The notes beneath the pieces were generated by a model. The model was not told where the DNA came from, did not search any database, and worked only from the letters and a program-made list of their open reading frames with translations. The position numbers were made by a program, and so were the translations under genes. This document shows positions 27,301 to 37,348 of a stretch of 64,000 nt of DNA, piece by piece. The stretch comes from Psammoneis japonica (taxonomy: Eukaryota). Numbering within the stretch: the stretch's first letter is position 1; every line of letters starts with the position of its first letter. The stretch covers positions 1 through 64,000 of the forward strand of contig QPGO01000247.1 of assembly GCA_008632985.1 (NCBI GenBank). Direction: 5' to 3'.

Positions 27301-29646
27301 TTTTTGTCCTTTTTGCAAGACTTCTGTTCCAGTTTCACCCTGCTGTCAACTTTTGATTTCTTCTTTTTGACTGATTTTGAAGGGGTGAGATTTGTGTGCC
27401 CCAGAGGCATGCAGGAGAAATCTCCCAAGCATCACAACAACTCCCTTTTGACTCAGTTCAAGAATGGCAGCACAGAGGAACGAGTGCATCAGACCTCTCT
27501 TCCAGTGATTCTGAATGCTCTGCTGGTGATGAAGAAGCGGCCACTTCTTCCCACCTGTCAAAGCACAGTGCACGGAACACACAGAGTCACTTTTTGCAGC
27601 AACTCTGTTTGCGAACGATGCACAGAAGGTGAGCAGCTGCCAGACACTTCCCTTTGTGTCATCATTCACACACCATGCAGCCACAAACAAAATTTTGAAA
27701 CTTGGGGTGCAATTTTGAATCTGTGCACCACTGGTTTCAAGTCAAGAGAAAACAAAAAGAAGGGGGGGGCAGATTGCAATGGTGTGCAAAGCAGTGCTGC
27801 CATGGTGAGTGCAGGCAAACACACACGACAAAAAAAAAAGAGCAAACATTGCAGAGCTGTGGCTCAGAGACAGACCAAGAATCTGAGCAAGCAGATGGCT
27901 GATGACCAAAAGGCTGGCAGAGACATTGTGATCAAGGTGAGAGATTGTGTCAAAGAAGGAGTTTTTCTGAGCATTGCACCCACACTTGGCGCAAAACAAC
28001 TGAACAAAACAGGCACGCTGCACAAAGACAAGTTTTGCTGTAAGTTTTGCTGGGGAATTGATGTCAAGCAGGATGCAAAACTGACACCAGCAGCATTGTG
28101 GTTTCCAATGACAAATGGGTGCTGTGAAATGAGCTTGAGAGGGTTGCCGGCAAGGGGCTCATGGCAAAGGGGGCAATTGCAAAGAAGAGAAAAAGCACAA
28201 AACTGCTCCAGCACTTCATGCCAAGCAACTCAAGCCCAGCAAAGGAAGGCACAGGAGATGATGCAAGAATCAAAGAAAGAGCAATGGATGGTTGCTGAGA
28301 GCCAACAAGTTCTTCAAGGAACACAAGTCATGGAGATCAAACAATGAGACATCACAAGTGAATGACTCAGTCAATGGGAACATTTGCACAGAACAAGTGC
28401 AGCCAGCCATGGAAAGCAAACAAGGGAAGGACTTGATGATTTGGGCATCGAGGAAGGGAGTCACATGGCGAGCTGCTTCAAGATCTGAAAACTGGAGTTG
28501 ATGGTGGTTTGGCAGATGAAAACCCACAAGTGGAATTTTGCAGTTGTTCAATGCAAGGATTCCACCTCAGCACTCCATTGCAGAAGCTGCACTTTGGACG
28601 GCTGCTGTCAAATTGAACATTTTGTGAGGGTGCAAACTTTTCGAATTTCATTGTGCTGACTGGGTTGATGAGATGATCTTGGTTTGCAAACTCAGGCATT
28701 TGTTGACAAACTTGGACACTCATCTGTGTGATTTGTGACAAATCTGACTGATTCAGCCACAAATGAATTCATGTGCTCAAGCTCACACATGTTGGAGGAG
28801 ACTGGGGTCTTGTCATCTGCCAATGGGAGGATTCACATGTTTGGGCCCCTGGTGAGGTGGAGTTGCGTGTCGCTTTTTTGCCACCTCCAACCCTTGTTCA
28901 CTTTGGCTTGCATTTTTGTGTGGTCTTCACCTCTGACATGAGAGACTGGACCACCGGCAGCATCTGCTTGGGCCCATCCAGCAGCCAACGAACAAGGTGA
29001 GGCCACTGTTTTGTGTCCCCTCGCCACAGGGCGTCGTGTCTTCACCGACATGCCCAAGCTGACCTCAACACACCCACTGTTCTGACACCCACTTCTGCCA
29101 AGCAAATCACTCCATTGCAACATGGCAATTAAAGTCAAAGGACACCACTGCAACACTCGACACATGGTTCACTCTAGACGTCCGCACTGGTTGACAAATC
29201 TGTTGATCCTTTTGGCCTGCGGCCACAGTCATGATTGTCCATCCTTCTGTCCTCCAGTCACTGATGTTCAAGTCATGAATCAAAATGCCATGAATGTGCT
29301 TACTTGTGAGTCCTTAAAGTGAATGGCCATTTGGTTTATGAGCTTCACTGCATCTTTCATTGAGTGCACCGTTGGCGCCATGTGTTGTGCTGTGACAGAA
29401 GACCGCACTGTCACCCTCTAGACCCATTTGATGGCCGCATCAACTCATTTCTGAATAGATTTAGACGATTGTTAACATTCAAAGATGAAGCAACGTTCAC
29501 AATGATGCTAGAGAAGCAGTGTTTGAAGGAGAAGCAATGTTCACAACAATTGTATTTCTCTGTGGTACGTGCCTGCTTGTTCCTGTCTCACGTTATTAGA
29601 TTATTCTACTGACCATGTTTTCACCATTTTGCCACTAGTTTCTTGA

Positions 29647-30426
29647 TTATTCTTCCTTGGCAACGCCTTCATACTTCTCAGTATCGACGACATCTTCGTT
29701 CAGACCTGCACGTAGCCAACGCATGACAAACCGTGTTTTCGGATCGTCTTCGCATGGGTCTATGAGTTTGAAAAACAGCTTGGCCCGGTACACACACCAA
29801 GCAAGTGTCCCTTTTGCAGGGCAATCATCTACTAGACGGCGAGGCCCAACAAGAGAATGAGGGTACGACGTCGTGAAGGCTCCCGCAGCCTTCACGAAGC
29901 CACTGTTGACAACCATGTGATGACGGAGCTTTCCACCGGGAAACGTCACGAGACTGCCCGCCTTGACAGGAACGGGTTGCTCCGTTCCTTCAACGACAAA
30001 GCTTGCATCCGGGTTAGTGTTCAAAAACAAAAGAACATTGTCTTGGTCTTCGTCTGTGGCTACGAATGAGCCATCCTCTTGAAGCACCCCGTCGAGGTGA
30101 GGTTCGGTTCCTCCCTCGGTCATGGTCTTCACCATGACGTACCTGCCCTCGTATTCGTCGCTGGTGGTACCATGGACAACGCGGTTCAAATTCTGAACCT
30201 GATCCTTCGACAGGAAAGAAGCAGTGTAATGATCGTTCCAATCGAAAGAGGCGGTCTTGGGGGACGACTTCTGATGAGTACGAAGGGATTCAATGTCTTC
30301 GTTTGAGAAGAAATTCTCAAAGACTTTGACACCGCCACTGGAATCAGAGGCACACGTAGGCTCGATGGCAACAACGGCCGACGGGATAGCCGCGGCAAGT
30401 AGGGGGGTGAGGTTCACAAACTTCAT
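29647..30426 (-). CDS. Secreted 2OG-Fe(II) oxygenase/cupin-like protein, 259 aa
   Basis: Intact ORF; signal peptide MKFVNLTPLLAAAIPSAVVA; VFENFFS.ED, HxD (PHLDG), LLFLN, GSLVTFPG..RH; paralog of 14048-14734. Confidence 0.85.
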   Translation of the reverse strand: MKFVNLTPLLAAAIPSAVVAIEPTCASDSSGGVKVFENFFSNEDIESLRTHQKSSPKTASFDWNDHYTASFLSKDQVQNLNRVVHGTTSDEYEGRYVMVKTMTEGGTEPHLDGVLQEDGSFVATDEDQDNVLLFLNTNPDASFVVEGTEQPVPVKAGSLVTFPGGKLRHHMVVNSGFVKAAGAFTTSYPHSLVGPRRLVDDCPAKGTLAWCVYRAKLFFKLIDPCEDDPKTRFVMRWLRAGLNEDVVDTEKYEGVAKEE

Positions 30427-30511
30427 TGTACAGCTCTAAATCGTGAAGATCCTGTGTCCTGTGTACATAGGCTATTGGTACTATGCATGGGATTGTCTCT
30501 GAGATCCCTGG

Positions 30512-30773
30512 CGCTACATTTTTCAGATCACTTGTCCGTCGATTTTTTTAATTAGGGGACCTCGATGAAAAATTGAAATATTTCAATCGTAGCCCGTGGT
30601 ATCTTTTCTACGAAGGCCGGATGGGTCGAGATCAGCTGAGACAGCACCATCATCGTGCGCATCCGCCTCCGTAGAAAAGATACCACGGGCTACGATTGAA
30701 ATATTTCAATTTTTCATCGAGGTCCCTTAANAATTAAAAAAATCGACGGACAAGTGAACTGAAAAATGTAGCG
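30512..30773. repeat. Long inverted repeat (fold-back), ~112-bp arms, ~36-bp spacer
   Basis: 30512-30623 is the reverse complement of 30660-30773 with few mismatches; one N at 30731. Confidence 0.93.
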
Positions 30774-31212
30774 GAGCCCAAACAGCGTTGGCGCCATTTT
30801 TAAATAATGACATCCAGTAATTAGGAATCAATAAAAATTTTATTAAAACATAAGATTACTAATGTCTATTTTGACTTACTATTGTATTTAGAGAGTGAGC
30901 GTTGGCTGGAGTAGAACGAAACGGAAGAAGTAGCGATTACACAAAAATAAATAATAGTGTGCAAAATTTGAGGTAGAACTTTAAAGTTATTCGTAACTAC
31001 CTACATGTTAATTTCATATCACCTTAATGTACGAAGATATGATATCCTAACTATTTTTTGATGTACTGTACTGGGCATTTTTTTACCTGGTGTGGGCAAA
31101 GCTTTTTGATTAACTCGACTCGAGCGAAGCGAGAGTCAGCACGCCAAAGTAACCCGGATTTGAAAATAGACACAAAACCGCTCTCACACTTGCGTGAAGC
31201 ACCCATGTCACC

Positions 31213-34200
31213 ATGGGCGGAACCGGCAGCGGCGGCAATAGAAAGGGGTCTGGCAGGCCAGTCTCCCACATTAAAGGACAAGGAACTATGTTTGGAGCCA
31301 AGTGTGATCGAAGTGAAGAATTGGCTCGAAAGCAGACTGCTCAGCCGGCGTTGATGGTTGCAGAAGCTCGGCGCAAGCGAGAAGCCGAGCAGCAGAAAGC
31401 AGCAGAAGCGGAGCTGCAAGCAGCCAGAACAAGGGAAAGACAAGAGGCTCTGGAGCAAGAACGTCTTAACAAACAGAAGAGAGAAGAGGAAAAACAAATT
31501 CAGGCACTGGAGAGGCTCACTGCAGCGGCAGATGTTGCGAGAAATGGGTCGGCACCAGGACAGGAGGAAGGCGACGACGACGACGAGGCATGTTTTAGCG
31601 ACAACGATGAAGACTGCAATGAAGATGCTGAAGATGACATCAGTGAAGCAATGAAAAAGAAGCATGAGTCGTCTCGTCATGAGCCACCTCCGGGCTCACG
31701 GCTGTCGAATTGCTTGGAAGGAGTCAAGAATGCCATCAACAGCTCGAGCAACGCAATCGCACGAAAGAACGGTGAGCAGTGGCATCCGCCCGATTTTTCA
31801 GCTGTGTCACTTCCAACTCTTGATCCATTTAATTGGGCAAAAGAGGCTGCATGGGTGTTTCATTTTGATCCATTTGGGCACAATGGGAAATCCACAAGAT
31901 TGGCTCTGAATGAGCACAAATGCATCCACTGCGGCAAGTGTGGCACTCTTGAGTCCAATGGGTGGAGTTGTCGGCCAATGCATCTTTATTTGATCACTTC
32001 TTGGGTTCTTCATCGGAGAATTCATTGCAGAGGAGAGGACAGGAACAAACAGGGGTGTGGCAGAACGTTTGCAGAGTTCCATCCGAAGTTTGTGGCCCAG
32101 TTGCCAAATGTTGTTTCCGAGCGATTTCCGTTTCTCGTCACCGCCAGTGGCATCGGCATGCATGAGTCAATGATGCACCAGTTTCTCCACTCATGTGTGA
32201 AGGGCATGCTGTTTGGCACATGTTGCTCCAGTGTCAATGAACCGAAGCACACGCAATGTTGGAAGGACAATCTTTCACATCTCGATGTGCTTTCCGACAA
32301 GGTGGATGGTCGGGCGGCTTTGTTGTCAGCTGCTGCAGCAACTGACACATTTGTCCCCCAGCCATTCTTTCCCTGTCAGTCTGTGGGTGAATGCAATGGT
32401 GCACTGTCAAAACCACGACTTTTAAAGACGCTCTTTCTACAGGTGCGTGTCGTCTCGGTTGTCACTGTCAACTGTGTGCTGTCATTCTCACCAGCTCTTT
32501 GCATTGCATCTTGTCAGGCAATGTCTGCTCTAGAGCCACATTTTCAAATCAGCCACCAATTGCACCCTGATGAGTCAGAGAGCAGTGATCATTCGTTCAA
32601 ATTCGCGAAGATGATGTCGGCGTCGAAACGATTCGGGAAAGCGTTCCTTGCAACATGTGACTCTGTGTCTCTTAGAGGCATGGTCACCTTCAATCGTTTG
32701 ACCCATGCCAAATCCAATGATGAGTTGAGGCTGCCATTTCAACAGTGCAAAACCGTGAGAATCAACAGCGGAGCTGCCGAACTGAAAAGGGTGGAAGGCG
32801 ATGGTGGTGGTGACCGTGGGTTGTGGCCCGAGGTTTTCAAAGAGCTCCTACAGAAAGTAAGACCTTGGCGAAAGAAGTCTCACAATGGTCTCCCTCAGGC
32901 TTCTCTGGCACGAGACAAATGTGTTGTGTTCTCAACTCACACTGAGGCTCAGAACTGGGCCCTTTCTCTTGCTACAAAAGTTGCTTCTCTCGAGGGTGAG
33001 ATTGTGTGCGGCATCGACTCGGAGTGCAACCTTGATGAAACACGGTCGACAACACGGGCAATCCAGTTGTGCTTTCCGTCTGAGCTCTATGACAAAGTCG
33101 TGATTCTTGACTTGACAGAAATGGGTCTTTTTGATGCATCCGACGTGCCGCCAGCTTTGAAGCACCTTTTGGAAAATAAAAAGCTCGTCCCTGCTGCCGC
33201 GAATGTCTCATTCGACATTGCAAGATGCCAGGCTCTTGGAATCAACATGCTTCGTGCAATTGAAACAATGGAGTTAGCGAAACAGCTGGAGCCGAGTCAT
33301 CCAGAGGGATGTGGCATGCAGAAACTCTGCGCTCGACTTCTTGAGCTTTACGTTGACAAGTTTGGCCAGAACGCAGACTGGAGGGGATTGAAAGACAGTG
33401 ACAGCTTAAAGGAGTGTGCGGCATTGGATCCACATTTACATTTGCAGCTTCGTGTGATGCTGCAGTCACGGATTGCAGATGCAAGGCGGACAGGGAGCAT
33501 GTCAGCATCTGCTCTGTCGGATGGCAAGAACGTGCACCTGACATGTCGCAATCAAGTTTGTGCCACGGGTGAGCTTGTGTTTGTGGGTGGCACAGGTGGT
33601 GAGATTCGGAAGTGGGGTCAAATGACTGTTGGGAAAAACAACAGCATTGTGAAGATCAATCGTGTCATTGTGCGAAGTGTCAGACCGGCGTTCAGCCACA
33701 ATGTTGCTGCAGAGGAGCACACAGCCGGCATCACGGGTTGGAGCCATGCAGAAGTTCTGCTGCATGATGAATTTGAGAAACGCAAAACCTTGGAAGGCAT
33801 GGCAGTTGCATGGCCGACCGATCGTGTTCGTGTGCATTTAGAACCAGCGGCAACTGTCGACTCCGTTGAACCTTCAGCTCGTTCTGATGATGACATGGAT
33901 GATTCGGCAGACGGGGCACCAAGAGACGAACCAGAAGAAGTGGTGGGTGCTGGCGATGGTGGCAATGACATGAACAACATGGTGGATGATTGCTTGGGCG
34001 ATGATGCCACAGGAGAAGCAGTGAATGGCATTGACTCGGAGGCACCGACTGCTGCGGCTGATGCAAATGCGAATGAGTGGCTCTGTGATGCTGGTGACTT
34101 TGAGGACGAGAATGACACTGTTGACCTTCCGAGAACACGTCAATCAATGGATCGGTTCCACGCATTCGACGACATTCCGTCCTCGTCAAATCCCAAAACC

Positions 34201-35773
34201 AAAAATGTGTTGAAGTTGGTTCGTCGATTGGTGATTCAAGCCACCATTGAGTTTGATGCAGATGGCTGGCATGGCATGACGAGATTCCTTGCCGACCATC
34301 GTGGCATTACTTCCATGGAGGACACACTTGACCACTTCTACTTCAACCAAGAATTTTGGCACCAGCGAGTCCAGACACACCCCCCCACCACAAAGAAAGG
34401 AGCTGACAACATTCGTGCTGTCCGGGACATGGTGCAATCTAATCCTGTCCTGAAAGAGTGCTGGAGTTCCAACCTGGAACAATGCTTCGACCGGTTGGAA
34501 GAAATGCACCAGAAAGGTCAACTCGAGGAATCTCGAGATGTGGCAATGCATCAGTGGGACGGCAAGGACAAGTGTGGGTTGAATCTTTGGCTGCATCGAC
34601 GGGGATCAAATCGGTCGGAGAATTTGCATCAGAAGATGCGGGTGGCGTTTGGACCCCATGGCGTTGGTGCAAAGGTGGGGCACTTCTTGCTTCTCCTTGT
34701 CACGTGTTGATGCAATGTCAATGCTGGGGTGCGACGCAGTGGTTTCCATGACTTTGGCATGCCGCATCATGACATTGTTGATCGAGTGCAACTTCGTGTG
34801 ACAAAGTTGTTTGCATGCGATCCATTTCCCCATCACACCAACCAGTTGTTGTTTGAGCCAGCAAAGGATTTTGTTGCGGTTGGTGTGGGGCCATTAAATT
34901 GTGATGCCAAGTTTGTTGAGCACCAAGACTCACCGGATCCCAAGCTCACAGGTGACTTGAAGTTTCTTGCTGGTGAGTGGCACCGTGCATTTCTTGACAA
35001 TGTCGCTCTTGCAAATCTCACAGGAACGTTGCTCGGTCGCACTGGAACACATGAAACTGAGAGGCCCCCTGTTGCACATTAGCCATCCCAATGAAAAGCG
35101 AACACACAATGATTTTCTAAAGGATCACCCAAAACCCACGTGGAAAACGTGGGTTGATTTGGCGAGCTTGTTCAAAATGAAAGCAGACTGTGTCATGATT
35201 TTTCCCAAGCTCCCTTCCATGCTCAAAAGCTGCTGCAACAAGTGGAAAGTCACACAGGAGTTGGTGATGCTCAAGGATTCTATTGGAGTGGACTGCTGTG
35301 GACTGTCAAAACAATTTGCTCGGCCAAGTCGGGAAGAACAGAACAAAAATCCGGCTGCTGTTTTTCAGAAAAATTCCAGCAAGCCCACCTTGGAGACAGC
35401 AGCAAACGTGTTGGAGCAGACCATCACAGAGGCTGCATTTGACAATGATGGTGCCATTTCCACCAACCCAATGCCAGTGGCACCATTGGTTGCTCCCACT
35501 CAAGCCACCTGCATTGTCAGCGCCGACAAGGATGGACGCGGGGCAGACCGACGACGCTGCAGCGCCGCTCCTTTTGGATGCCCCAACCTTGCCAAGGACT
35601 GTTCATGGCGGGGATGGCAACATTGCTCATTGGTCAAACGCAAGAGTGTTCCAGTGAATGTGCCTGACTCAGAAGGGGAACGGAAAAGGTTGAAACGTGA
35701 GTGCGACAAAAAGCGGTTGTCAGAGAGAATGGCAGAACTCAGAAAGAAGAAGGGAGCAGCAAGCAACAAGTGA
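31213..35773 (+). pseudogene. Inactivated DUF6729-like putative transposase containing a DnaQ/WRN-type 3'-5' exonuclease domain; introns 32443-32517 and probably 34973-35045
   Basis: CxxC...H.R..C zinc motif, SSDHSFKFAK, exonuclease motifs CGIDSE / NVSFD / CAALD, DRFH, RGSNRSENLHQKM; in-frame TGA at 34708; GT donors with ctcac branch points. Confidence 0.7.
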
Positions 35774-36177
35774 GCAGCAACAACAACACTTCTGTCACAC
35801 CACAATGTCATCACATTTTATCCCTGCAGACCAATGTGGACTGCCCTTGCCGGCATTGGGCCATTGCTCTCATCGCACCGCAGGTCATCTTTGGACCGCC
35901 GAGTTTTTTGAGAAGCAGTTGGAAGTGCTGTGTGTGAATTGACTGATTTGACTCAAATCTCAAATGAAAATGACTCTCCTTGTGTGTGATGTAACCTGAA
36001 CCTCATGTGCGGCACAAACTGATGACTCCCAGACGTCATCAGTGCCTTGTGTGCGGCACAAATTTTATGCCGCACATGAGGACAACGCATTTAATGAATG
36101 ACCGTAAATGTCCATGGGGTCCTTGTGTGCGGCATCCCACACTGTTTGACGACCTGCCCTGTGCTGTGCTGTGCTGC

Positions 36178-36268
36178 ACTCTCCATCGTGAGTCCATGCG
36201 TCGACCGTTCTTCGCATGCACGCTCGCACGCACCCGAAGGTCGCCTCACAGACTCTCGCGGAAGCAAG
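36178..36268. repeat. Dispersed 91-bp repeat, inverted copy of 62538-62628
   Basis: Direct alignment. Confidence 0.92.
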
Positions 36269-36280
36269 GCTCTCGGTCTG

Positions 36281-37093
36281 CAGGTGAACCGAGCCGGATC
36301 GGATCGCCAGATCGACTCCTTCATGACCCATTAAAACATCAGTCCATCGAGTCAAAAAGTCGATCCGTGGCCTTCGTGGGACTGATCCGCCATCTCGGAT
36401 CGGACGGTCTTTGGAGCAAAACATTTTGCTCCGAAGACCGTCCGATCCGAAAATCCGGATCGGATGTCGGCTCGAATTTGGAAGATTCCGTGCCGTCATC
36501 ATGACAATGGCGCAACATCACACGATTGTGACACAGGGTGGCACAACATTCAGCCATGAGGGCACAGAACTTCCTTGGCATTGCAGCCTTGCTCTTCCCA
36601 TGCTTGAAATGGAGATGAAAAAGGTCGCATGGCAACAGAATGGCTTGTCAAACCGACAATGCCGTAAAGATTTGTTGGAGAAACATTGAACAAGCAAAAC
36701 AACAAGTGTTTGTCACGCAATTCGAAATTTCAATGCGAAAACATGGTGTCAGTTTCTGAGTTGCAAAAGTGATGGCTTTTTCTTCCTTGGTGTGCTGCAA
36801 ACACTGAGTGACAATGATGCTCAATGATGCGGTCAAGTGAGCATGCAAAGCAGCAACGTCAGCATGGTTCTGTCATCACATTGTCTCGTTGTGACAAGAT
36901 GTGAAGCATCACAGCCACACTCTCTCTGTTGTTCGCTGCTGCATTTCAGTGCTTTGTTGTTCTTGAGAATTTGGAATCTTGAAACTTGCGTCGTTTTGCG
37001 ACTCATCAAAATGTCGAATCCTGTCTGCGATCCGATCCGGTTCCACCTGTCGACTAACGGAATTCTGACGTGATCCGATCCGGCGATCCGATC
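36281..37093. mobile_element. Probable non-autonomous TIR element with GATCC/GGATC-rich ends; right end abuts the Ngaro-like element
   Basis: caggtgaaccgagccggatcggatcgcc at 36281 versus gatccgatccggttccacctg (~37029-37050) and gatccggcgatccgatcc (~37076-37093). Confidence 0.5.
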
Positions 37094-37348
37094 CTCCTCG
37101 CACCCAAGTTTAGATGGAGACGTGCTGTGCGACGCAAGACTCCCCAACTGACCAGACCTTGGACTCATGCCTCTTCCAGAAGCGGGCACTTCTGGACCAA
37201 GATGGCCGGTCACAGTGACCAGTCAAATCTGTCAGCTGTTTGCTTTTCACTTTTCCATCTTTGTTGAGACAGGAACCCTGATCAACGTGACTGGATCATT
37301 CCAAAGCACTGGAAAAGCTTCTTTTTGCTCCCTCTCTCGCTCTCGCTC

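Noticed and set aside
666..29350. Hundreds of 60-350 aa ORFs as real genes
   Set aside because: They overlap in all frames, lack Tyr, are Cys/His-rich and are explained by loss of TAA/TAG in decayed TEs
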